From assembly GCA_963693365.1 (NCBI GenBank), contig CAVNZM010000011.1:806001-870000 (forward strand): 64,000 nt of DNA. The letters are read 5' to 3'. The stretch is from Amoebidium appalachense. Its lineage: Eukaryota; Protista; Ichthyosporea. The notes under the pieces are model-generated. The model had not been told where the DNA came from and did no database searches. It worked only from the letters and a program-made list of their open reading frames with translations. This document shows, piece after piece, positions 1-13,224 of this stretch. How positions within the stretch are numbered: position 1 is the stretch's first letter; every line of letters begins with the position of its first letter. Both the position numbers and the translations under genes were made by a program.

Positions 1-226
1 AAGCTATCATATTAAAGGTGTGTGTGTGTATGCGTGTGCCGTCATGTGATATGTGTGTGTGTGTAGAGGGGGGGGGGGGGGGGGGGAGGATATGTCGGAG
101 CACACACACTCAGCATACTCCTGTGGTTAGCAATGTGGATTTATTAATAAGTCATAGAGTTAATCGGTTCATGGTAGTGGGTTGTGGTCGTTTCTTGCTT
201 CTTCTCTTGGACAGACAACACCTCAC

Positions 227-514
227 CTGGAATGGTGGACGCACGTAATTACGTATATAAACTGAAAATTTGTGCATGGGCCAAAGAGAAATATAAACCA
301 ACAAGATAAAGAGGCCCCTACTCATAGCCCAATGCTGGGAATGTTATTCGCATGAGAACGAAATGGGCAAGCCCCCCCCCCCCCCCCCCCCAAAAAAAAA
401 AAAAACAAAAACAAAAAAAAAACAGGTGCACCACCACCACCACCACACGCACGCACACACGCACACACACTGACACAAACACACACACACACACACGCAC
501 ACGCACACGCACAC

Positions 515-545
<31 letters not shown>

Positions 546-607
546 AGCACACACATACGTACCTCCGAGAACCCATCATCCATGGCCACATCCAGAGGGC
601 GCATTTA
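227..607 (-). other. Two possible small exons (607-563, 261-227) of an unidentified minus-strand gene
   Basis: Non-repetitive segments bounded on the minus strand by ttcag acceptors and gtacgt/gtgagg donors. One reading is MRPLDVAMDDGFSE. No family could be assigned. Confidence 0.3.
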
Positions 608-1233
608 CTGAAATTTAGCCGGGTGTGGCTTGGAAAGAAAGTTAATGACTGTATGGGTGGATGGGCGGTGATAAAGGGATCGGTGGGTGGGTACCGGGGG
701 AAAGGGGGAGGGGGGAGGGGGGAGTGAGTGGGTAGGAAGCAGGGCAAGGGGGAAGAGGAGAGGGGGGGAGGGGGGAGAGCGGTTTGTGGATCAGCTAGCG
801 CGTAAGTGCCGAGGTGTTGCTGGGTGTTTGGAAAGACGGGAAGGGAAGGGTTATGGTGCGGAAGGGAAAAAAAAAGGGGGGGGGGGGGGGGGAGGGGAGG
901 TTAAATGAGTGCATAAACCTGTGCCGCCTATCTTTTTGCAGCTGACAACCCTCTCCCTGCCCCCAAATTCTTCAAGCTCCCGCTTCCAACTTTCCCCCTC
1001 TCATGCACCCAAATAATGTATATGGGGTCAACCCCCCCCCCCCCCCCCCCCCTTTCCCCCCCCCCCCCCCCCCCCCCCCCCCGTCCTGGCCCCCACTTTT
1101 TTCTTCCCCCAAAGCTTACCCTCACCCTTTCCTCCCCTGCCCTGCTGTCCCCCCCTCCACCTTCGTTTGCAGCTGTTTCACTCTGTTCCCAACTATCTAC
1201 CCCCTTGTCTGACAATTGCCTTTTTTTTGGCAG

Positions 1234-1486
1234 GTACGCCTTCTATATTCGGCAATTGACGAGATCACAGTAGAGGGCACGCAACTGCCACCCGATTTTG
1301 CCGCTGTTACAGGTAAACCCCCCCCCCCCCCCCCCCTCCTTCTCTCTCTCCCCTCCTCCCCCCTCCCTCCCCCCCGGGGCCTTTCCCTGATAAGTTGCTT
1401 ATTCTAAATTTTCCTTCCGTCAGACTGGGAAAAACAACCGCTTCACTTTCTCTGCCTTTCGTTCCTCTTGCCGTTGCACCGCCCTC

Positions 1487-1526
<40 letters not shown>

Positions 1527-2632
1527 ATCATTTCCAAAGCCGCACCCACACCTCCTTCACCGTCATCGCCACTGCCATTACTCGGCATCTGGTGTCCAGT
1601 GATGCCTTCCTTCTTCCATGACCAAAGAATCTCAGCCCCAATCCCCCCCCCCCCCCCCCCCCATCCCCGTCCTCCCCCCCGCCCCCCTCCCTCTCTGTCT
1701 CTCTCCTTCCCCCCCCCCCCCCCCTCCCCTCCCCCTACCCCGCCCCCGGGCGCCCGACTGCTTGTCTCCCACGTGACTCTCCGCCCCCTCTACTTTGTGC
1801 AAACAACCCAAATACTGCTTTCATTGGCCGACTTTGAGCCAATAGAACCACGCAGGTTGGTGGTTGCCAGGCACCCCGTCCAATCAGATGACGTCTTTTT
1901 GCGTGGCAAAACAACCCAGCGTGTCGTCTACACAACTGCTGCAAACGAAGCAGGTGGGTAGTATCCCCCCCCCCCCCCCCCCCCTTTCCCCCCGGGTACT
2001 CTGCCCCTGCCCATAGAACCTTCCCCCCCCCCCCCCCCCTCCCCCCCCCCCCCCCCCCCCCAAGCGCCTTACCTATATCACCTCACTGCCACCACCCACC
2101 CAACCCTTCTTCCTTCTTTCTCACAAACTCTCTCCTACTAACCTCCCCCTCCCCCCCACCCGTTCCTCTAGCAGCTATCCTCTCTTCTTGTGAAACTTTA
2201 GACGGCTTCCCCCTGTCTTCCTTATGTTCTTCCAATCACCCCTTCTGATGTTCGTAGACCTACCTGGGAATGGAGGGAGGGGGGGGGGGGGGGGGGGATT
2301 CTTGCCGATTGGTGGAGTGCTTTTTTGTTGCTTGAGATGATCAAAGCAAATATCCAATCGTTTTTTTGTGCACTCATATTAGCACACGCCCGAAATCGTG
2401 TATGCGTAAATATGCAGACCCTCACACACAGCCGCATGCACACACCCGTATGTACGGCATAGAACACACGAACATACCTGCATGCATGTTCACACGCACA
2501 CACACACACACACACGCAAATCCAGTTACGCATGTGCAAACACACAAACACAGTCACCCGCTCACACACAGGGCACACATGCAAGCACACGTACACACTT
2601 GTTCATAAGCGTGTGCGCGCACGCGCACACTG

Positions 2633-2677
<45 letters not shown>

Positions 2678-3513
2678 ACACACAGGTGTTGGCACCAACA
2701 ACATCTTTGACGTGGTTTTGTTCAACGAGCATGGTCTCGTGATGGAAACCGCCATTGCAAATATCGCTATACAACTGGTGCACCCTCCCCCCCCAAATAT
2801 ATATATACCCTCTCTTTCTCTGTCTTTCTCTCCTGTATCCCTGATCTCCCCTCCCTCTCGAACCCATATACCATGACTGAAAAAGCTCCCCCCCCACCCC
2901 CCCCGAGTTTCTAATTAGATTCTTCTTGCTTCCTGCTGCTGCAACTTCACCCCCAGCACTTCTCACTGCTTTTGCTCTTGCTGCACAACACATAATAACC
3001 CTTCTCGTCTCTGGCCAAGACAGGTGACCCACCCACATTTAAGTAAAGCAGTATCTGAGTTGGGTTTCGCGCGTGAGGTGAGTTGAAACTCGGATACTGT
3101 GGATGAATTGGCCCCCCCCTGAGGATGGGCTCTACTCATGTTGCATACTGGTGCTGTGTGTACATCACATCATTTGTTGTGAATCCGTGTTTTGTGACTG
3201 TGTTCCGCATATTAACCCTCCCCCCCCCCCTCCCCCCCCCCCCCCCCCCCTCCCCCCCACACACACACACACACACACACACGGACTCGCACCGTCGCAC
3301 GGACTCGCACGGACTCACACACGCACATGTGCACACACATAAAGAAAGCACACACGTACTACACATCCATGCACACACTTACACCCACCCACCCACCCGT
3401 ACACACATGGAACACGCACACACTCACTTACACTAACACAATGCAGCACACACACTGTAGATACACATACACACACACCGTGGCGCGCGCGCACACACAC
3501 ACACACACACATA

Positions 3514-3576
<63 letters not shown>

Positions 3577-4495
3577 CGCGATGGCACGTGGTTAACTCCA
3601 CTCCTATCCGGTGGCTTATTGGGGGGGACCATGCGTGCATTCCTTTTGAAGGAGGGTAAACTAGTCGAGGGGACCATCACCCTAGATCAACTAAACAATT
3701 CAATCAACGTGAGTCCCCGTCCCCCCCCCCCCCCCCCCCCCTCCCCCCTTCCCCGCTCTCCCCCTCCCTGCCTCACCCAGAGCGAGATAGACGGGTAAGG
3801 GGTGCCCCAAAGCAAGGAGGTAAGTATAGTGGAAAGTGGATGATAGAAATAAAGGTTGAGGTTGATAAGAGCAAGGTTACTGTCTTTTAGAACGACAGAC
3901 CCAAATGACTGACCCCCCCACCCCATCCCCACCCCCCCCACACACACACCCACACATACAACAGACACCTCGTCCCCTTTCTTTTCCAATTGCTCCCCAG
4001 CAAGCATATCAGAACAGTTGTGCGCTCGTTCCCCGACGTACACACACCCTCCCCCATCCGCCCCATTTGCTTCCCAAATAATCAAAGCCCCCCCCCCCCC
4101 CCCCCCCCCCCCATTCGTTTGTGGAGGCATAGGAACCCCCCTGATAATGGGCTCTGTTCAAGTGTCTTCTGCCTGCACAAATCTTGTGGTTTCTGGTTTT
4201 TTGTTGATTTATTTTTGTTTTTTGTGGTTTTTTGATGCCTTTGCCGGCCACGTTTACCACTCTCTAATGCATACATCCCCCCCCCCCCCCCCCCCCCCCC
4301 CCAAGAAAAAAAAAAAACCACAATAAAATACTCATATCCAAACAACCCCCCCCCCCCCCCCCTCCCCCTTTCACCAATCTAAAGTACTGTGTGCAGGATG
4401 GGCGCCCAATCAAATGCTTCAATTCAGTGCACAGAGAATAAACCGTCACCGTCCTTCCCTTCGACCACACTCCAACCCACCAATCACCCCTGTGA
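1234..4495 (+). CDS. Aminotransferase class IV / 4-amino-4-deoxychorismate lyase-like protein, 5'-incomplete, possibly a pseudogene. Exons ~1234-1312, 1846-1953, 2686-2777, 3577-3708, 4397-4441 (4495 if the TAA is read through)
   Basis: GT-AG exons join in frame to VRLLYSAIDEITVEG..DDVFLRGKTTQRVVY..FDVVLFNEHGLVMETAIANIAIQLRDGTWLTPLLSGGLLGGTMRAFLL..IKCFNSV. These match fold-type IV PLP motifs (catalytic K in KTT, ExxxxN, TP..GLLxGTxR, NSV) as seen in PabC/Abz2-like domains. No N-terminal exon found; TAA at 4439-4441. Confidence 0.75.
3049..3210 (+). repeat. Dispersed short repeat family, copy A
   Basis: Core GGCCCCCCCTGAGGATGGGCTCT is shared with 12680-12890 (reverse), 40410-40510 and 61114-61230. 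Confidence 0.65.
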
Positions 4496-4777
4496 GATCC
4501 AGATCTGCCAATCACAATCACTTATTAGGCTATCACTTGTGGCGGTGTCTGCCACAGGGTTCTTATGTACCAATCACTTTTTTTGCTAAAGTCTCCGTGG
4601 AAATTATGCAGAATATAAAATAATGCTTGCTTGCCGATTGGCTGCCATATATACATGTGATTATCATCCCAACCGCCTCTTTAAACCACCCTAATCTACG
4701 GTCGCGTTCCCTCTTGCCTATGTCCCGTTTGTTCATGGTTTTTGTAGCGATATACATATACGTAGACATAGCATGCA

Positions 4778-4811
<34 letters not shown>

Positions 4812-4920
4812 GCGCGCGCACACACACAGGCACGCACGCAAACGTACGCGCACACACACCTCCCCATGTCATCCTGATTTGCCATAATGTTCTTTTGTTC
4901 TCGGTCTTTTCCTGCCAGAT

Positions 4921-4978
4921 TTCCGTGGCAGAATGGAAAAGCAGTAAAGCTTCCGTGGCAGAATGGAAAAGCAGTAAA
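4921..4978. repeat. 30-bp tandem duplication (ttccgtggcagaatggaaaagcagtaaa x2)
   Basis: Direct repeat visible in the sequence. Confidence 0.85.
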
Positions 4979-5485
4979 ACAAAAAGAAACAGTGGACAGG
5001 CCTGGAAATGTATGTAAGATATTTCCATCTATGAGCTCGTCTTAACATGCAACCATATGTTGTCCCGAATGTGCTTGCGTGCATATACGAATTATAAAAC
5101 CAAATTTGTTAGGGGACATATAAGGAATCACATGTGATGATGTATGGAAGATTTTGGTGCTAACAAAGCACCACGATTGGTGCCTGGTGCGAATAAGACA
5201 ACATAGAATAGATGTGACGCTCCACTGACTGTGTGTGACTTCTTCCAACCCTGTGCTTGTGCATGGCTTGTGCCAGATATTTAGTTGTGTTGGTGTGTGA
5301 TAATTCCGGGGTGAGTTTGATCATGCATGCATTTGATGTACTTGCAGGTTGGATGTAGTGTCTGCACAACTGCGAGATTGTGTCTAGGGATATGCACATC
5401 CTTCCCCCCCCCCTCCCCCCCCCAACACACACACACCACCACCACCACGATCACCACAACCAAAACACACATGTACGCGCGCGCG

Positions 5486-5532
<47 letters not shown>

Positions 5533-5950
5533 ACGCACACGCACACGCACACACACACACACCAAAAAAAAATGCTGAGAGAAGCGAAAAGGAAAAATAA
5601 CCAAAAAAGGAAATATCCATTGATTGCACCAGCGCACACACGAACGTACACACTGCATGCATCCACCCCGTTGGCACACACAGACCAAAACCACGGACAT
5701 ACATGGGCCACACACACATTTCACACACACACACACACCGTCTCCCCCCCCCCCCCCTCCCCCCCCCCCTCCCCCCCCTCCCCCCCTCCCCCCCCCCCCC
5801 CCCCCCCCGCCGCCGCCGCCGCCGGGCCCGGCCCGGCCCCCCTTCCCCCTCCCCCCCCCCCCCCCCCCACACACACACAAACACACACGCACCCACACAC
5901 AAGAGCATAAGTACAATGATACCCACATGCACATACACACACGGACACAT

Positions 5951-5987
<37 letters not shown>

Positions 5988-6113
5988 CACACATACACCC
6001 ACTCACACCCCCCCAACACACACGCATACCTAGACACACACGCACGTGCACACACGTTAAGCACACGCGCACACACACACACAAAGAGGTCCCAACCCAA
6101 GTGAACCACATCG

Positions 6114-6630
6114 GCAGAATTAACGTACGAAACACAGCCATTATTCTGCAAAAAGCGGAACAGTTCTGCTTTGAACAGAATCACTCTGCTTTAGCAGGAT
6201 TATTCTGAATCTGCCAAGTTGGCAGGATAATAATACTTACTTTAGCAGACTCCGCTGTTTGCAGAATAATTCTGCTCTTAGTAGGATAGTTCTGAATCTG
6301 CCTTTAGTAGAATAATAGTAATTACTTCAGCAGAATAATTCAGCTGTTTGCAGAATAATTCTGCTCTTAGCAGGTTGGTTCTGAATCTGCCTTTAGCTAG
6401 CAGGCTAATAATAATTACTTCAGCAGAATAATTTAGCTGTTTGCAGAATAATTCTGCTCTTAGCAGGAACGGTTCTGAATCTGCCTTTAGCAGACTAATA
6501 ATAATTACTATAGCAGAATAATTCGGCTGTTTGCAGAATAATTCTGCTTTTAGCAGGATAGTTCTGCGTTTGCAGGATAGTTCTGCAGCTGAATAATTAT
6601 GCTATTAGCAGAATAATTCTGCTTTTTGCT
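6114..6630. repeat. AT-rich ~90-bp minisatellite (~4-5 units) built from palindromic GCAGAATAATTCTGC motifs
   Basis: gctgtttgcagaataattctgc recurs at 6254, 6343, 6436 and 6526 (period 89-93). Confidence 0.85.
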
Positions 6631-7766
6631 GATTACATATGGGTCGCCATGAGGGCAGAAGGACCCCCCCCCCCTCTCCCCCCCCCCCTTCCGCAACCCT
6701 TCCCCATCCCTCCCCCCCGTGCCCTCCCTTCCCTCTCTTTCATCAGGCGTCCAATCCCATGTCTCCCACCACCTCCCCCCCCCCCCCCCCCCCCCCCCTC
6801 CCTCCCCCTCCCACCAGCCCCCCGCCGCTCGAGTCCAACCTGTGGGCGCTCCCTCAACCTCACGCAGCAGGGACGTTGGGCAAATTTTATCTTCCTCTCG
6901 AGTGCTGCTGGTGTACTCTTTGTGTGCATTGCCTTTTAATACAGGACTATTTATGCGGGTCTTTGGTCGCCGCACCGGGGGAAGGGGTGGATGGGTGGAG
7001 AGAGAAAGGAGGGGGGGGGGGGGGGAGGGGGAAGGGGGAGGAGGGATTAAGGAGGGTTACAAACTTTGACCAATGACGAAGACATAATTTCGAATGGCTG
7101 AGACCCAAGTGCCGGGGAGGTCTCTAGGGGGCAGTGGAGCTGAGCCCGAGTGCAATGGTGTAGTGCTCGGGGTGGGCTATGGGGTGTGTGCCGTAATCTC
7201 TGTGTAAAGATGTGGTGCGTGCTAGCACTGGAGTTGCCATCAGAAACATAGGGCATGGGGCCCTGTATAGCTGTACATTCACAACATATACAACATACGA
7301 CCATTCAAAACGCACGGTACCAGACCGGCTCATATTTTAAACAGGGCGGACAATCGCCAGTTCTTGCATGGCAATTGTGTGGTTTAACTAAGAACACACA
7401 CCACTAAGGAAAGGAAAAAAGTCCAGAACATATGTGGACCGAAAAATGGTAGTCGTCAGCTTCAATCATTTAAAGTTCCGCTTGATGGGGACAAAAACGA
7501 AAAGAAGAACAAATTCTCAATGGAGATAAGTTAGGGCAAGGAGAGAAATTCAATCAGGATCAGTGATACATTTCGCACATTTCCATTCATCATAAAAGCT
7601 TCGTAGTCAGATAACAATCACAATACCCCGTCCATTCCAGAAGATCATCAAATTCCTATAGTCCAGCATCATAAAGATAACAGTCAGAAAACAGAACAGT
7701 ATAAGATTCAAACACGCAAGCAACAGAGGAAGTGTGTGCCGAGAAAATTTAAAGGCTGTGTGGTTG

Positions 7767-8363
7767 CTAGCACTGGGAGCTGGCTGATGTGCGTTTCCTT
7801 AACAGGGGCCTGCTGTCTGCCGGGGCACTGTCCTGCACCAGCGTGTAGCCGGGCCTCTCATGGGTGCCCTTCACTAGCTCCCCGTTGAAATCTCGTTCGT
7901 CTTCAAAGTTGTACACCCACATCTGTGTGGTAGGATATGTTAGCAGAAGGGTCGGTGTTGGGGCAGAGATACAGAGATAGACCAGAAGTTTTTCTTTCTC
8001 CCCCCCCCCCCCCCCCCCCCTCCCCCCCCCCCTCCCCCCCCCCCCCCCTTCCCTCCCTTTTTGGGATCATCTTTCTTTTTTTTTTTGAGAGAGGGGGGAG
8101 GGGGAGGGGGGAGGGGGAGGGAGGGAAGATAGAAACAAAATTGAATGCCACAAGCTGTAACGTGTGCACATTTCCATTTTTTCGCTTCCACAACCCACCC
8201 TTCCTTTATTCTCGGCAAACCCAGCAACAGGAGTGGAACAAGGACCCCCCCCCCCCCCTACCAAAAAAAAAAAAAAAAAAAAAAAAAAACTACCCGCATG
8301 ATACAAAGAACTGCACACCTACAGACACCATACCGAACTCAAAGAGGGAAGGGAGAGGAGGGA

Positions 8364-8413
<50 letters not shown>

Positions 8414-10384
8414 TCACGGCAATACAGGCGACAGTCAGACCCAGCCACTGCTCAATGGTGAGGGGCTCTGCCTCGGCACCCATCAGAGCGTGGGACATGG
8501 AAAAGATGGAGGACACGCCCATGCACAGCACGGCAGACACTGCCGTCCACATGGCGCTCATCTCCTTGGTCAGCCACAGCCCGATAGTCGAAAACACAAG
8601 ATTGAAGATGATGTAGTAGGAGAACCACAACATGGCGCTGCCATCAGTCGCACTGCACGCAAGGTCTGCCGGGTGATCAGAGGGGGCATAGCCAATGAAG
8701 CACATCCATGCATCATACATGAACTTGGGGGTGTCTCCGGGGTAGTAGCGACGGGCAGGCTCAGGCAGAGGGATCCAGTTGACGCCGAAGAGCACGACCC
8801 CCCACAGTATCTGCCACACACCGGACCAGGCCGACAGCCAGAACACGTCCAGGTTCACTCCCTTCATGCACTTCTGCCGCCAGCACGATGCAAACGCCTG
8901 GGGTGAAAACGAGGTCATGTGTCAGTGGTGGATACCTCACGAGCAACGGTGATTTCTAGCGAGGACGTGCATCAGCCCACAATATTCCATAGTGGTCTAG
9001 ACCACGCACGAGGTATGGTTTCGAAGTGGCCCAGTAGGTACCCTTGTTCACATAGACCTTGAGACCGCCCTTTCTCTCTCCTTCCCCCCCCTCCCCTCCC
9101 CCCTCCTCCATCTGTGTTTCTCTCTCTTTCCCTCCCTTTCCTATCGCTGCCTCCCTCTACCTCCCCCCCCCCCCGCCCCTCCCCCCCCCCCCCCCCCCCC
9201 CCTCTATAACGCACCTGGGGCAGGTGGCCGACTATGAAGATGAAGTACCACACGAAGGAGGTCTGGTGGCTGAGGCCCAGACTGTCCTTGTAGCTGAACC
9301 CTGTGCCCGACTGCAGCTCCACCACAATCGACACCAGACCGGACATAACAATAAGCAGGCACCCGGCAACGTGGCACGAGCTGGAAAAAGTGGCAGTGTT
9401 AGGAAAGAGCTGAGGGAAAGAGCAACCAAGAAGGGGTGGTGAAGCGGTAAGCTGGACACGGGATCTGGGATCCGCTGAGGTAAAAGCAAATTTGTCGAGT
9501 GCAAAAAGACGAAGCACAGCAGATGGAGAGCTAAATACAGGGAAAAAAGGCAGCACGCTAACCACCATGGTGTCCCAAGCCGGGCAGAACGAGAAAAGGA
9601 GCACAGGTGAAAGAGGTACCAGGCACACACAGTGACAGGGGGGTCACGTTTACCTGTAGCGAACACCCAGCCACACCGACGAGAGGATGGCGATGAAGAT
9701 CAAATTAGAGTTGCCTAGCAGGCCCTGTGCGGTCATGGACAGAAACGGGGCCGGGAGGGTAGTGACTATGGAAGACACCTGGTCGATAAACGCCAGCCGC
9801 CCAATGGTCCACTGGGGGAACGGTCCGACCGGAGACGCAAGCTTGCTTGACGGTGAGGCCCATGCAAGGGTATACTCCCTCCTTCCCTCCAGGTATCGCA
9901 TATACGCAACGTAGACCAGCCCCGCCATGAACTTCACGGTGCCCATGACAACAGGCCAGATGAGGCCCGTGTATAGCATGTTGTAGTTTGTCATGCGGTC
10001 GTTCACTCGTTTCAGAAACACACGGTCGATGCTTCTTGTGACAACATAGACTGCAAACACGAAAGCAAGGCGGTAGTTGAGGGGCACAGAGCTCCAGAAA
10101 GACTTGAAGGAGGCGACGAGGCGGTGGTTGCCTCGTTGGGGCTGTGTGTCGGTGGCTGATGCGTAGGCAAAGTGCTGTGTGGAAGAGAGGGAGGGCGACT
10201 GCAGGCTGTTTGTGTCTATGGCCTCGTTGTCCACTAGGCTAAGGTGCCGAAAAACGGGCCCGGAAGACGCGGTATCTGTGTGTGTGATTCCAGCCCCTCT
10301 ATCAGCGGAGCTGTAAGACGGACCCGCGTGTCCTTTGAGGAGGAGCGGCCGCTTGCTCTCATCGTTTTCGTTTGAGGGAGCCAT
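7767..10384 (-). CDS. CRT-like (chloroquine resistance transporter family, DMT superfamily) multi-pass membrane transporter. Four exons: ~10384-9654, 9381-9215, 8897-8418, 7922-7767
   Basis: Spliced protein MAPSNENDESKRPLLL..SIDRVFLKRVNDRMTNY..LSSVWLGVRYSSCHVAGCLLIV..QKCMKGVNLDVFWLSAWSGVWQ..DAWMCFIG..C..FNLVFS..LTKEMSA..MWVYNFEDE..SQC*. About 10 hydrophobic segments plus the Cys-containing loop typical of CRT/CLT/Dictyostelium CRTp proteins. Confidence 0.85.
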
Positions 10385-11766
10385 GTTCTGAGGATGGGCA
10401 AAAAGAGGAAACCTGCGTGTGTCAAGACGACTGACAGGGAAGGAGCACAGGAAGCCCAAACACGCACCTCCAGTGGCAAGGCACAGCCACGCCTTGCCCT
10501 TCAACGTATTATTGATTCTTACAATTGAGAGAATAGCATTATGTTCAAAGCTTCGCCAAGCTTGCACAACGTCCCAGTCAAGTGTTCAAAAGGGGAACTT
10601 TGCAGTTTCTCCCGTATGTCAGGTTTCAAGCCCTGCCACAGCACTCCGATCCAAATGCAAGATATTAAATAAAACGGTGGGTAAGTGGGCTAAATTGATT
10701 AAAGATAACCAATAAGAGTTCTTGAATTAAACAACCATTGGTTTAAACCAAAATAAATAGCCCTGGGCTATTTATCTGTTTATTTGGTTTGCCAAGTGGG
10801 CCGGGCCCCAGCGAAACTCTACCACTTCACTGATGGAGCGGACAAAAATGTGCATATATCTGTCGTATCTGTACAATTTATTGCAAGTTTTGAAACGCTC
10901 AGAACTTTTAAGAACCTTCAAAATCTTGAAGTATCATATTTTTGTGCATATGATTGATTATTGTTGTCAAGTTGTCAACCCCTGCATTCCATGTCATTTT
11001 TTGGTGCAATTCCTACCAGCCAATCGTTGCATCTACCCAATCACAAAACGGCTGATATAGCTTGATAAAGTAACGACATTGGCCAAAACCGTTAAGCCAA
11101 TTGTTGAGCACAATGACTGCCCATATATGGTTACAAATTGAGCCGCAATAACAGAGGCATATAGGTTAGCCAATAGGACTGTGTGTTGCATGCCAGCAGG
11201 TCCCACGCACCATGATCTTGAGCTAATCAAGTCCCGCGTGACACTGTAAACGGACAACGATTGGTCTACACACTGCTGCTCCTGGGTGCGCGTTTTGTCG
11301 GTTGAAAAAGCACTATCCTGAGATAATCCAGATCCAGTCTCCGGCAGAGCATTTTGTAAAGAGAAGACTGCTTCTGGCAGTGTTGGTATTGATTTCTACG
11401 GTTTTGGAAATTATGCTTTAAAACCATAGGGACTAACTCCCCTCTAATGGGGTAGGACTTCTACGTACCATGCAGGGCGTTCAGTAGATATTAGCAATTT
11501 AGCACACGGCCACATTCCATGCATTCCTCGAACAGCACGTGGTCATGACGTCATTTTGTGAGCCACATGTTCAGTGACATCGCGCAGCCCGCGTCACCGT
11601 GCATGCACATGTGCCGTTGTGTGTGCACATATGCATGCGTGCAAATCATTGGGGTTTGTAAGCCATGTGGTGTGTGTGCGTTTGTGTGCAAATGTTTGTG
11701 AATGTGTGAGCGTGTGTGTGGCACTGTGTGTGTGTGCGTGTGTATGTGATATGTCATGCGTGTGTA

Positions 11767-11839
<73 letters not shown>

Positions 11840-11874
11840 TGAGACACACGCACACAGAGAGAGAGGGGGGGGGG

Positions 11875-11965
<91 letters not shown>

Positions 11966-12034
11966 CTAATCTAAGCGTATGTACATGTGTACACGTGTGT
12001 GTGTGCGTGTACACACACTCTCCGAGCTCTCGGC

Positions 12035-12088
<54 letters not shown>

Positions 12089-12102
12089 TCTCGGCTCTCT
12101 AG

Positions 12103-12169
<67 letters not shown>

Positions 12170-12360
12170 TCCCACCATCCGCGTCGGTGTATGTGTGTGT
12201 GTTTTGACACTGTTTCTGTCACTGTGGGTGCATTAACGTGTGTGTGTGTGTGTTTGGACACTGTGTGCCACTGGTTACATAATGCGTATGTGTACAGTGT
12301 GTGTGTGTGCGCGCGCGTGCGTGCACCGCGTGCTCGGCACCCGTACATACGGGGAGAGAG

Positions 12361-12410
<50 letters not shown>

Positions 12411-12679
12411 TGTGTGTGTGTGTGTGCGTGTGTGTGTGTGTGCGTTTCCTTCAGATGAACGTGGGTTGACTGAGGAGCGCCCGGGGGGGGGGAGACCTCG
12501 AGGGGGGGCCCGGGAGGGGGAGGGAGAGGGGGGGGGGGGGGGGGGGGGGGAGGTCCGACAAGTAGCCTATGTAATACTGCACAATTGAATCAAAGCCTGA
12601 AGAATTTTCCTACTTTGTGTCCCCCCCCCCCCCCTCCTTCTCCGAAAGGGAGAAGGGGGGGGGGGGGGGGGGGGTTTTG

Positions 12680-12890
12680 AATGCGGAACACAGTACGAAG
12701 TACGCATACACGATGAGAAGCATGGTGCAGGACACATGCAAAGGCAAACATTCAAGTATGCAGCATCAGCCATGCGCACAGTATGCGTCATAAGCAGAGC
12801 CCATCCTCAGGGAGGGCCCAAGTCATCAATTGCGTCTGAGTTTCGACCCCTTAGCCCGCGTATATACGACGCTCCAAATCAGACAGCAGC
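12680..12890 (-). repeat. Dispersed short repeat family, copy B (reverse orientation)
   Basis: Reverse complement reads gaaactcaga..gatgacttgggccctccctgaggatgggctctgcttat..gtacttcgtactgtgttccgcat, matching copies A and D. Confidence 0.65.
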
Positions 12891-13176
12891 ATCAACTGAA
12901 CTTGGGTGGGTCAACCCGTCTTGATCAAAGACGAGCAGGGTTGCTTATGCAAGCAAGGTGAGCAAAACGGTGAAGATGTATGTGCAAACTAATGCAGTGC
13001 AGCGACAAATGCGTATGTGCTTACAGATGCACGACACAGAGCAACCATGCCCGGTTGCATGGAAGTAAAGATGTCTGGGGGGGGGGGGGCTGTATGCTGT
13101 AAGATTAGCCTGGTATTAAGACTGTACCGGGAACGGCCAGAACGAATCTTACTATACTGTGACTCCCTGCTCCCTG

Positions 13177-13224
<48 letters not shown>

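Noticed and set aside
180-245. GRFLLLLLDRQHLTW as the ADC-lyase N-terminal LLxRHLxRL motif
   Set aside because: The match is loose, lacks the conserved Arg spacing, and has no clean splice path to 1234.
3085-3135. Canonical hammerhead ribozyme in the dispersed repeat
   Set aside because: CTGAGGA and GAAAC are present, but I could not form stems I-III with a UH cleavage site; kept only as a hypothesis.
6860-7335. Short ORFs between the minisatellite and the CRT 3' end
   Set aside because: No family motifs and no consistent splice chain.
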